From assembly GCA_040954595.2 (NCBI GenBank), contig CM082592.2, forward strand, positions 1,860,001-1,924,000: a stretch of DNA of 64,000 nucleotides, given 5' to 3'. The DNA is from Balanoglossus misakiensis. Taxonomy: Eukaryota > Animalia > Hemichordata. Positions 22,328 through 34,782 of the stretch are shown here, piece by piece. Position 1 is the first letter of the stretch, and each line of letters starts with the position of its first letter. The position numbers and the translations under genes are program-made. Under the pieces are notes generated by a model. That model worked only from the letters and a program-made list of their open reading frames with translations. It did not search any database and had not been told where the DNA came from.

Positions 22328-25300
22328 ATGGCACTTTATGAAATTGTGGAGGGGCAGCTAAGTGGCGCTTTTAAGAATTATGGACGTTTCCTTTCCCGCA
22401 ATCCCATCGCAATCATCGCCGCTGCGTTGCTGGTGACTGGTTTTCTGGGTTTGGGACTTTTAAGGTTGGAGTCAGAGACCGATCTCGACTACCTATACAC
22501 GCCGGAGAACAACCGAGCAGACTACGACAAACGCCGAGTATCAGCACTGTTTGCCGATGGAAGTGGCGCCGACTTTTACACTCATCAAGCTACAACTCTC
22601 GGTCTTTACGGTGACGCCATCGTGGTGAGTGAGAACACCAGCGACAATGTTCTCACGATCGATGTCTTGGTTGAGATAATTGAGCTCAACCGACTTATTT
22701 CTACATTCACGGTCACTGTCGACGGTATTGAATACGGCTATCACAATGTCTGCGCAAAGAGATCTGGCTCGTGCTATGTCAGCGGGATACAGAACTTGCT
22801 CAACGGCACCGATGTTGCATCCTTCCCGATCGCAAAACTCACATACCCCGTTGTTACCCTGCCCGCCGGGCCATTATATCTACCAAGCATTATGGGCGGT
22901 GTGGATGTGGACGAAGAGTCGGTAGTGATATCCGCCGAAGCGCTTCGTTTGAGGTATTATCTTCGCAATGATGAAGAATACAGAGGTGTGGCATTGTTAT
23001 GGGAGAAGGAATTTCTGGCACAGTTTTCTGCACGGAACGACACCGCCATCCAGATCGCTCATTCTACCTCCCAAAGTCTGGGCGACGAACTGAATTCGGG
23101 GACTTCGGGTGACGTCACGAGGTTTTCAATCACCTTCACAATCATGATCTTCTATGCAACGTTTGTTTGTGGTACCGGTAACTGCATCACCAGCAGGGGG
23201 TTCTTGGCAAGTACGGGCGTGTATTCCGCTGGTCTGGCTATTTTGGCTTCGTTTGGTTTCTGTTCGTACATTGGCGTGAAAAACGTCAACATAGTTGGCG
23301 TTATGCCATTTTTGATTGTCGGTAAGTGGATTGGACACTGATGTTTGGAATTTTGATCACAGAAATTTCGCTGCAGAGCATCAAACTTTGCCGTATCATA
23401 CAAGTGAACAGCGTAAATTTGCAACAACAAAAAATTGCAATGCGTCGCTAGGTCCTGCATGTAATGTCATAATTTCTTCCGTCTGTCATTTTCCGTTTTC
23501 TATCGACGTCTTCACCTTTGTCTGACAGTATCTGTTAGTACGTCTGTCTGCCTGTCTGCCTGTCTGTCTGTCTGTCTGTCTGTATGTATGTATGTATGTA
23601 TGTATGTATGTATGTATGTATGTATGTATGTATGTATGTATGTATGTATGTATGTATGTATGTATGCATGCATGCATGCATGCATGCATGCATGTATGTA
23701 TGTATGTATGTATGTATGTATGTATGTATGTATGTATGTATGTATGTATGTATGTATGTATGTATGTATGTATGTATGCATGCATGCCTCTGTCCCTGTC
23801 TGTCTCTCTCTCCTTGGCTCTTACTGCTTATATGCGTCAATGCCTCTTGTCTTGTGTCGTTGCCGTTTCAAACTCCACTTCATATTGCTATAGGACCTAC
23901 ATATCAATTCCTCGAGAGTCCGGCTACATCTGTCCGTCTATCATATTTTCAGGGATCGGAATAGACGACATGTTCATCTTGATGTCGGGATGGCTGGAAA
24001 CTAAACCCTCTGACACTGTCGAAGGAAGAGTGTCCGGCGCTCTGGGAATTTCAGCAGTTTCTATCACCATAACGTCACTGACGAATCTTTTGGCTTTCTC
24101 CATTGGTGCAACCAATGTGTTCCCGGCCGTGCGTAACTTTTGCATCTACACAGGTATGTTGCGTGTATTCTGACGTTTCTCATTTTTTGGCAATATCACG
24201 TGACACATGGACTTCGAAATCTCACGTGACCTTTAATCCCCTAGCGATACGTACTGAAGAATTGAGTTCTGTTCAAGTTTTGAATGTCTTGAAATTGATT
24301 TATTTTTTCGTTGACACATTTAATTCATTCAACTATGCCACGTGTTTAAACAGGAATCTGGCGACTCGATTTGTGTGCATGGTCCAAATTTAGCTTGACC
24401 GACAGCCTGGGGTGGTTCACCTGAACATTGATGCGCCCCCAAGCAGTCACTTAAAACTTCAAGAAGACTGACTGCGGAGTGCTCTAATGTTTGTTGTTTT
24501 GCAGGCGGTAGTTAATACGTTCAAATCTATCTCTTACCTTTCTGAACACATCTGCAGGCTTTGCGGTGATATGGTGTTATCTGATGCAGCTGACCTTTTT
24601 CGGGGGTTCGTTGGTGCTCCACACGAGACGGGTGAAGGACGAACGACACTGCTACACCTGCACGCACATACCGCCCGAGGATGCCTGCAAGTCACGTGGT
24701 AAATTCTGGCACTGTCAGTGGCTGTTCTTTTGCCGAGGTAAGAAGTCGGGAAATGCAGCAGATGACACCGAAGACCGAAGCATTTTCGAGCGGTTGCCCC
24801 AACATCTGGCAAAGTTCATCCTTCTATTGCCTGTTAAGATAATCGTGATATTTGTGTTTGCCGGGTATCTGGCCGTTTCTATTTGGGGCGCGTTGCATCT
24901 AGAGCAGGGCCTCTTGTTGGAGAACCTCGTTCCGCCAAGTTCTTACCTTCACTCCTATCTCAGACTAGAACGCGACTACTTCTCAAGCATCGGTCCAACC
25001 ATCAGCGTCACCGTTGATGGCGCCCAAGCATACTGGGACACGGGCGTGCAACAAGAAGTTGATAGCTTGCTCGTGGCTCTTCAGAATGACAACTACGTCG
25101 CTAACGATTTTCAGATATCATGGCTGGACAGCTTTTCGAGCTTCCACAACGGTTCGCTGCCTAGAGATGAGTCTTCTTTCCTGGAATCTCTTCGTTTCGA
25201 CTTCCTTCCTCCCTTCCCTGTCTTCCAAGGCGACCTGGCGTTTTCTGACGATGGGGAAATCACAGCTTCACGGTTCTACGTCCGGTCTGTTGGCTCGACC

Positions 25301-26017
25301 AGTTCATACCTACAAGGTCAAATGATGCTACGAGTTCGGGAGATAACGGATGGCAGTTCTTTACCCGCGTTTGCGTACACCGGTGCATTCATTTACTTTG
25401 AGCAGTACGTGCAAGTATTGCCAAGTACTTTGCAGACGGTTGGATGCGCTGTGGCAGCTATGTTTGTCGTCTGCCTATTCTTCATCCCACACATCCTCTG
25501 CGTTCTTTACGTCACTGTTGCCATAGTGATGATAACTGTCGGCCTCTTTGGTTTCATGTATTTCTGGGGACTTTCTCTTAGCTCCATCACAATGATTCAC
25601 ATTGTCATGAGCATCGGTTTCTCTGTCGACTTCTGTGCGCATGTCTGTCATGCCTTCATGAAAGCTGATGGCATCGATCGTAACCACCGCCTTGAGGTCG
25701 CTCTTTCCCGCGTCGCTGTTCCCATCCTGAATGGCGGGATTTCTACCTTCATCGGGATCGTGCTTTTGGTTGACGCCAGGTCTTACGTGTTCTTGTCGTT
25801 CTTCAGAATCATGCTGCTGACCATCGTTTTCGGTGTGGCGCATGCGCTGTTACTGTTACCCGTCGTGCTGTCCATAATTGGCCCCTCCAAAAAACCAATC
25901 CGGGAACTTAGCATTAATCCGAATGGGGTCGCCGATAACGGGGACATTAACCTTGCATTTGCTGAATCCAAATCTGACCTGAATGGTGTACAAGTCCAAG
26001 CTGACATCAAAGTATAA
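22328..26017 (+). CDS. Patched domain-containing protein (PTCHD3/patched-related, RND-SSD family), 884 aa, 3 coding exons
   Basis: Exons 22328-23321, 23953-24153, 24558-26017 total 2655 nt in frame. SSD with GIGIDD (TM4), GFSVDF (TM10) and multiple TM segments. Confidence 0.92.
23544..23787. repeat. Compound microsatellite (CTGT)n(ATGT)n(CATG)n in PTCHD intron
   Basis: Seen directly. Confidence 0.97.
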
Positions 26018-26629
26018 ACGTTAGGTTTCACCTGTGTGGAGCTCTCGACACACAAGAAACTGGTTCTAGTCCCGGGTCACCGATTCTAGAGACAATGTAG
26101 TTGTCTGGGCACTCCACGTGCCACGTGGAGTATAAAAAATATAATCTTCAAATTAGCATGTTTTTTCCCCAGATTTCACAAACTGCACCGTTCTGAGATA
26201 CATTAGAGACTCATTTATTCAACCTATAGCCAGGATAATAAGGTGTTTTGGTTCTAATGGAATGCATATGAAGTCGTTATATCTTTTTTGCAGACTATTG
26301 CATGAGCAGCTACACTGATTTTCCTGGTGTTTTTGTGCCATTTTGTACAACAACACTGTAACCTGGTACATGGTTTTCTTAAATATTAATGATACTGTAT
26401 ATTTTCATCTCTCTTGAACGTTTTCCTGTATAATTTAGAAATGCCAGTTATGTAATCCGCGTCGCCAGAGAACTAGTGAGCGACTGTCCGAAGCCAAATC
26501 TCTACGAAGTTGCCTGGATCTAAAGCATAGGGACAAGTTTTCTGAAAAGAGAAAGGGTCTTATACAGGACTTTGAACTTTGTGTTGCTGTAACATTAGAG
26601 ACTATATTGCTTAAATCTGCATTGTAATG

Positions 26630-26895
26630 CTTCATTTTGAATGACAATGAATTAATTGTGTCTTAGTGTCATTTAAGACAAGCTTGTTCACGGCCATCCA
26701 TTTACGAATCTCATCCAAGCAAGATTCAATCTGCAACTTTGAATGATCAGCTCGCTTGCAGGTTAAGTAAACTTATGTATCATCAGCATACATCATAAAG
26801 CTTATTAAGTGTTTTTCCATGATGTCCTCAAGGGGGCACAATAGAGTGTAAATAATAACGGCCCCAACACACTGCCTTGTGGAACTCCGTATATG
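26630..26895 (-). mobile_element. L2/CR1-type LINE reverse transcriptase fragment
   Basis: YGVPQGSVLGPLLFTLY..MMYADDT*VY..WMAVNKLVLNDTKT, with a frameshift and a stop. Confidence 0.85.
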
Positions 26896-26984
26896 TCCAG
26901 CATATTATTCAGTGTATACCTAGGATGTGATAATGTGTCCAATATAAACAAGAGAGAGAGGGGGAGGTTGTAGCGTGTGCATCC

Positions 26985-27431
26985 TCACAAAATGACGCAA
27001 CAATCACAACATCCAGGATTGTCATTTTGCTGTAACTGTCTGTAATTGAACTGACTTCTTCCCGCAGAGCTGTGTTCCTCTGCTGCCACATCGGTCATAC
27101 CGGTCACCGCCAGCAAAACAAGTCCTCCCAGCAACTCATCGTCAACCGTACCTGAAAAAAACAACAACACAGGAATGATTCGCCTGTGTTCATTTTTGTT
27201 CTCTTTTAGGTGTTTTTTGTTCTCTTTTCGGTGAAAACCACCATTCTCCAAAACATTTCCTATGGTCTATACACAAGTAATGCATCACCTTGTTTTATAG
27301 TTTTTTAATGTTTAATATATGCGACAGTCAGTTGTGTCGACTATCGATGACGTCATATGGTGTGGGCCAATGAGCGCAAGCGCCTTTGAGTATGACACTT
27401 GTTATAGATACCGGCGCTATACAAAATCCTC

Positions 27432-27501
<70 letters not shown>

Positions 27502-27549
27502 GTTGGTTGGTTGGTTGGTTGGTGGGTTGGTTGGTCGATTGATTGATTA

Positions 27550-27635
<86 letters not shown>

Positions 27636-29328
27636 GACGTCGTGTCGAGATGCATCGGTGGGTAGTGGTAAAATAATGCATGATACATTGGCTTGAGCTC
27701 TAACTTCGAAAACTTTTCGAACATTTCTGCTAAATATATGGACCCCCCCCCCCCCCCCCCCCGCGCTATCTTATCTCTTTGAACGAATATGGCTTCCATC
27801 ATCCCTAGGAGGAACAAAACTGATTAGCAGTGCATGAGAAGAAGATGTCGACAAAAATGGCCGCATAACCCCCCAGATAAAGATGGCGATTGCGTGACAT
27901 TCAAAATCCCCAATGAACCAGTACAGTTGATGAACGATTGCTTGATCAGCCCATTTAGTTTACCGACAATGGAGACAGCCAGTACTACATTTAAAATTCG
28001 ACGAAATGCAACTACCTTGACTTAATACTTGTACGTCATAACGTCCCGGTTTACACCTGTAATGTTTTTTGTTTCCGTTGGGCCAACGAACCTGAAGTGA
28101 AAATCGATCACAGACTTTATCATTTTTAATACACGTTTATGTATGTCGTCGTCCGGATTATCAACAGCGATGCATTGATTCCCAAGGTCTAAGGAATATA
28201 CGGTAGTGCGCTGCTTAAAAAAACGTTTTAAAATGTCCCCTTCCCAATTGCTTAATATATAGCCCATGCCAACACCAATAGTTAATTTGCAGGCTGTTGA
28301 CCTATACAATCGGTATCTTAATTGAAATACTTATATGTACATTGAACTCGTCGTCTGGCGCTACTTTGTACACAGCACCAATGTTTCCTCTGCCGCCATC
28401 TTGGTCGCCCCATTGCCAGCGACTTCCTGCGATGTGGATGCATGTATGTAAGCGCGGGGACCATAATAACAGACAGTCGACATGACAATACCAACGCATA
28501 CATAATTCTTGTCCTTAATCGATTCAAAAGAAGAAATAACTTCCCTATTATGACCTACGACATATCACGTTTCCTTGTTAAAATGGGCGAGGACTTACCT
28601 CTCACGACACGCCTTCAAACTCATCTGTCTTGGTTCGTCAACAACCTAGCACAATTGAATGGGGTACATTTCAAAAGACCTCGCATTTTGCAAAACCCCA
28701 TTGAGCTTGAAATATTGGCAGAGTTATAAGGAAGGTATGGGAAAAATTAGCTACTGTTCCCCAAACTTTTGACGAATATTAATATATGATACGTCCAATA
28801 TCCATGACTCACCCGTATGTCACGAGCACCTTGTGCTCCATGGCGGCAGTCACTGGAACAGCCGGTGTCCCACTCCACTGTCAACACTCCTGGAGCAGAC
28901 AGGCAGCAAGGCAGAAAGAGATAGATAGACCAAAAGAAAGAAAGAAAGAAAGGCAGAGAGACAGACACACAGATAGACACAGACAGACAGAAAAATCGGA
29001 AAAAAAACAATGAAATAAAGACAAACAGATCAAATCAACTTTTTGTATTCACAGAGCTGTAAGTTGGCAATATGAAAGTCAACTCTTTAAATGCATTTGA
29101 CAGGGCAGCTCGAAAACTCACCATCTTTTCTCCCAATGATAATTAATTCCTATGTGGTAACCCCCGCAAAAACGACCTCCCTGTTTATGCTTGACAACTG
29201 TACCAACGCCGTTTGCATCAATGTTTCCCCATTTCCAATCACGACCACGACGTACTCGGGCATCCAATGGCGGATAACCGTCGATTTCCTATTTACATAT
29301 TACAATGACAATTTATGGCTTATGATGA

Positions 29329-29362
<34 letters not shown>

Positions 29363-31221
29363 GGTGGTGGTGGTGGTGGTGGTTAGTTGTGTCAGAATGA
29401 GACTTTTCGTGAGCATAGAGGGGTCATGGAAAAATGGAGAACACGTGCACTATTATTACTGATGCAATATCACCGATAACACAGTTGTTGCGTACATCAA
29501 CTCAACAATGACGCAACAATGATTAGAAACGGATTTCCCCGGACCGCTTTTCTGGAGGATGTATGAAAACATACTTACCACGTCGTCGTCGTCCGCACCG
29601 GAAAGAAGCAGCATCGCCAACAGGAGCGTGAACAAACCTTGCTGGATATTGCCATTTGTGAGAAGAAGTAAAAAACAGAATCATAATTCAAAGACACGCG
29701 GATTTGCCATGATTATAAAAACATTCTTTCATTTCACTGTATCATTATTCATTTGGGGAGGGGGGGTAAGCTTACCGTGTACATAATACCGAAGAATGTC
29801 GAACATGGCCATGCTAATACTAGAAACTGATACTTCGATTTCCCAGACAAGTCGAGGAAATTCTCTGTTTTGCACTTTCTTCGACCAAGGCCTGAAAATG
29901 TTATGATTAACTGATGGAAAGGGATTTTGCAGGATTTGCGTTGTATTTTCGATATGATTTTTGTCTGAATTGCAAAAGAGGGCGAAATTAAGCAGTATTG
30001 CTCTTTCAAGTGCAACTGAGTCTAAACCCTACAAGTATGGCCCTTTTCATGCACCTATAGACGTCCTGGTGACATATGACGTCACCTGGCAGTTTTCTTC
30101 AGAGCCAGTTTCGAAAGTCTCAATCTTTTACTAAAAGACGGCGTTTTAACGCACCAACTCTTCCTCTTCGATGGCTTCCCCCATTTGCTGGAAAAACTGG
30201 CGCAGTAACAACAGGTTTTGCAGCTGTTCCACATCTATAGAAAGCAGAATGGATAACATTAATTTCACGAAGCCTGTGGCTAAGTACACTAAAGCACAAT
30301 CCTGCAGGGAAAGCCTGATATGAAATGCTGCGTTAAACGAGTCTTCCTCTATAGCAGTGGTCGATTCGAAGATACATATCAAGGTTTGTTGCCAGTTAGT
30401 GGGACCTGAAGGGCCCCGATGCAAATGGGTGCGATACGTTAAAAATTATGTCTATTCTCGGGCACTCCACAGGGTGACTATGGTCAATTATAACGTATAA
30501 TTGTTGTCATGGTAACCTACCATGGGCAAACTTTGCAACAAACTGGATTAACAAGACCTGTTTACGGAAGAAGTCACTCAATTGACTGACGTCACCTAAA
30601 ACAAACATTCCTTTGGTAAACTTGGCGATCATAGCAAGGAGTTCCTGAAGATTAAGAGCACATCATCTGAGGATTGATTTACTGTAACTTATAGCATCTG
30701 TTATTCATCACGTAAACCACTATGAAGCAATGGATCTATGTATTTACTGATTTATTATTTAATTAAGTTGAATTCATTTATTTATTTTTCGCTTGTCCTT
30801 TCTTTGGCATGTTTACCACATGGTGCCAACAAGGTGGAGCGTACTGTAAAATATGACTCATCAACTTACATTGTCAACACCTCCACCACAACCAACGCAT
30901 GCTATCGGTATAGGATGGGGCAGACCAACTGTTCTCCATAGTGGTCCGTACGACAAGGCGACACTGGCCACTTCATCACGATTCTGTGAAAGTGTAGAAA
31001 TATGGAATTCGATAATGTTTGTCAAACGAAAGTTCGAAATTGGGAGTATGAACAAAAACGGTTGAAAAGTACCAGAACGTTACAATGCGCGCACTTACAT
31101 CAGGTCGACCGTCCGTCATCATGATAATTCTTGGGGTCATCATACGACCACCAGGTAAGGATAGAACTCCACCTAAGAATGTATCATAAAAATTGAAATT
31201 GATTATTCCACTGATTGATTG

Positions 31222-31292
<71 letters not shown>

Positions 31293-31924
31293 CATCGAAT
31301 CCATGCACAAAGACAAAGCCTCAACCAAGTAGTGTGACCAATGTCTTTACGCAAGGTGAGGTACGTCACGAGATTTTCGAATGATTAATTACCTCGTGCT
31401 ATGATTTCCTTCATTGCTTCCAACAAACCATCGGCCATTGGAGTCCTTCCTCCTGCGCGTAAGTTATCTGGGGGGGGGGGGGGGGGCAAGACAATATTCA
31501 CACTGGCTTAAAGTCAATCTATTAAGTTACTGAAGGGTTCTCGAAAACCTTTTCCCACAACACAGGAAATCCTATGGAATTGGCTCTGTCGCCTACCAAA
31601 GGCCCCTCACTAAATCTTAAATATAAAAAGACTGTCTGAAAATTGCAAGTAACAAACGTATATGAATCAAAATTGAAAATTCCAGCACCTTGATCTTTAC
31701 TCACTTATGGCTCGGCGAACGCGATTGTAGTTACTGGTCAGTGTCTGCACGACGCGGACATCGCGACCGAACTCCACCACGGCTACGTTCTCCTTAAGGT
31801 CAAACCGTTGTGCCGTTTGCTGAACACCGACCAGGAACTCCGTGCAGGCTTTCTTCAGCTGTTCGAGGCCATGCCCGTCCATTGAGCCCGACGTGTCCAG
31901 ACAAAGCACTGTGTCAAGGGGCAT
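26985..31924 (-). CDS. Multi-exon VWA + two MIB/HERC2 domain protein ending in CaaX (possible frameshift at 28599-28645)
   Basis: Exons: MPLDTVLCLDTSGSM (MIDAS; 31924-31705), GGRTPMADGL, PRIIMMTDGRPD, PIPIACVGCG; RVRRGRDWKWG (~29280-29190), VEWDTG, WQWGDQDGG (~28430-28345), VRWPNG; last exon ends GCCDCCVIL* at 26985. Confidence 0.75.
27350..27634 (+). repeat. L2/SINE-like 3' tail followed by (GATT)n microsatellite
   Basis: gcgcctttgag..ggcgctatacaaaat directly followed by ~200 bp of (GATT/GGTT)n. Confidence 0.6.
31212..31291. repeat. (GATT)n microsatellite
   Basis: Seen directly. Confidence 0.95.
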
Positions 31925-34439
31925 TGTGTCAGAAACTGTGTGAAAGCTCAGTTATTGAAAGTCACGCTGAAGAAAACAGGAACAACACAGAAGTCTTAAG
32001 TACAATACTCTCCCACACGATTGGAAAGGCTTACTACATATGTATATTTTAAGAATGCCAATTATTAAATGACATTCCCGCATGCAATGCATACATGTAT
32101 GTTTACAGGTTGCGGGAGTAAAGTTGGCAGATACGTTGTTCTAAAGACCGCAGTATCTGTTCATTTTTGTAATGACCGGTAAATAAAAAAATAACCATTT
32201 GTACACGTTAAGAACATCGAGTCCATGAAATTTTTGAACGTGGGAAGCAAATTTTCCAGACTCAGGACACACAGCCTACAGTTTAAGCATCGAGTATAGG
32301 GAGTGAAAATATTGTGTCGATATTACAATGCAGTGGTTGCCTCAGGAGCCCGTTGTCCGGTCGCATTAAGTTTCCCATACTAATAAATATGGAGTGTGTC
32401 CGCCTTTAAAAATCGAAATTAATAATCTATTTATGCTGAGATGCGACAACGGCATGGTTCTCTTGCTCTTTCCCTTTAGTTTCCTCGAAGCTACATTGTA
32501 CGATAATTCTTAGAACGTTAAGTTATTTGTTGTTAGCCGCGGTGACGTAGGAACCTCAACGCGTTTGGTTATATCGGAAATGTGTCTATAGGCCCTAGAG
32601 AGAAGTATTTGCAAAATCGGTCACAATTTTGTAGGCGTATGCAATTAGGCCAAATGCCTATCACTTCCAAAGGCATTGACTCTTCTTTATATACAAAGGA
32701 GGATTTAAAGAAACAACAAAAACAACTTCCGAAGGCAGTTGGTCCATGTTATTGGAATACAATCGATTTACAGAGGTCACAGTATGTGTTTGTTGTGAAT
32801 ATCGAATGACCCTCTGACCCGTCAAAATGATTGACTGGTCCCAGGGTTGTATTAACGATAACAGGGCAAATGCTGGTAGTGCTTGCCACAACTCGAACAT
32901 ACATTGCATCACCGATCGGCGTAGTCCCGAGCAACCGGGCTTCGACTACTGGTACCCGTTCGTTAACAGGTACGGGCCAAGCAAGCGACTAAATAAACAT
33001 TGAAATAACCTATATGTTCTGTCAATCTTGACCAAAACACTTTTTTCACACAAGTTATCTCTGCTCCTACATATATCATTTCCCCATAAAAGGTCAGGTC
33101 CATGGCTAAATACTTTAAGTCACGAAGGAAAAGCCCTAATCTTTTCCCGCTGCGTCGAATCCTTGTGTCCCTCAACTATCTGCTATCCCGTATTAAACGC
33201 CATTTTGCTAAACTCGTGATTAAAACTGGAGGAAATTAGCATCAACAACATGGTGGTAGCACTTTCGCTTTCACTTCTATTACTATCTGTACAAGAATGC
33301 AACGTATTCGATGTTGGAGATCATTTTCTAATCACACAATTTTAGTGATGTTTGTGTTTCGGTGGAGGCTCAAGTTAACATTGATACATAATATCTCAGT
33401 GCAGTGGGACGTAAGTTTTATAACATAGAAGTTACGCCCCTCTTGCACCGTGTTATGGATAATTGGGTCACGAAGTACGCGCGATTGCATGCAGTGTTGT
33501 TGTTTTCTTACTTCCTGCATTATACAGCCGACAGTTAAAAATGCATTGATCTGTTCGCATTTTTAATTAAGGTGTATGACAAACGCGAACATGTTTTCCG
33601 TTACAACATTACAAATAGCGTTCAAGTTGAGAAAACACTATTCCAATTTAATTGTTTCTGCAGCATTCTGTACCCTGGTCATACATTTTTCAAGACTCAT
33701 AGATTCACACATTTACCGGCCGATCTCTTGGTTGATTCTTTGCCAAATGAATGGATTCAAATTAAAATACTCTTATCTCATGAGCTTCACTTACTTATCA
33801 CACAAGGAAGGTTGTTCCCAAGTGCAGATCTATTTGTCCATTTATGTATAATGTACCTCTGAACTGTCGCGGTCGCAGGCTGTGGACATTACCGCGCTGC
33901 GCAAATAAAACATCACGCAAGCGCAAATAGTAGTACTATCAGCAACACTATACGCGCACAAAACTAATAATCGTGGGAGGGCGACACAAGACTGACGGGT
34001 TTACATTCGGTTTTTTATCGTTTGGAGAAAGCAATTTGGTCAACAGGTATTGGTGCTACTTATAATAATTAATATTTCATAACCAGGTAACTTGAATCTC
34101 TTCAGATAGGAGTCTAACAAGGTATACATGTATGTGTTATGTCAGTTATATGCCCATTTACACATGTTTTGAACTATAATTGTAAAGATTGCTCTTCACA
34201 AACTTCATACACAATGTCTTTACGGGATTCGCTTTCGTTCCCACTCACACATGGCCGGCCAGGTAAAGACTTCAGCTGCGTCGTGCAATCAGGTCGTTCC
34301 GGTTGTTTTGTCATTGGGAGCCCGCAGACAAATGAAGGGACGGGTTGACCGATACCCCGTCGCCGCACAAGAGGCAATTTGAATGTCAATGCCCGGTAAA
34401 CTGAGGTCCAGGCACCATTGTTCCATTGGCATGCAAGAA

Positions 34440-34590
34440 CACAATGACGTAACTGCGCATGTGACGTGTGCTGTGTTATATTTACGCCACCTATAAGGAA
34501 GTGGTTTACGCCGATTAAGGAAACGGAGGGCCGAAAAGAAAGTGACGTCGCCGGGGCGAAGACAATTACGGCTGATAATGAGTCACTGAT
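34440..34590 (+). promoter_or_regulatory. Putative MMP promoter: AP-1 (TGAGTCA 34579-34585), CRE-like TGACGT and GGAA sites
   Basis: Motif cluster 200-350 bp upstream of the MMP ATG. AP-1/ETS control is typical of MMP genes. Motif match only. Confidence 0.4.
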
Positions 34591-34782
34591 CCTAACCAGT
34601 CACGCGCTGCAGTTGTCGTGAATACTGAGTGACCTCTGACCACACCCCGACCTGAGACGGCAGAGTAAATCACAGTAACTGTGGGTAAATATCGCCTACA
34701 AGGGCTTACACACGACGGGAAAGCGACCGCGGTCGGACTTTGATTCCATTGATCGGGCGGCTGTCAAGGTAGAACTACAACA

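Noticed and set aside
23486-23964. Several ORFs of MYVC/HTYI repeats
   Set aside because: Translations of the (ATGT)n microsatellite.
27353-27817. 154-aa NQSI-repeat ORF (similar one at 30976-31308)
   Set aside because: Artefact of the (GATT)n microsatellite.
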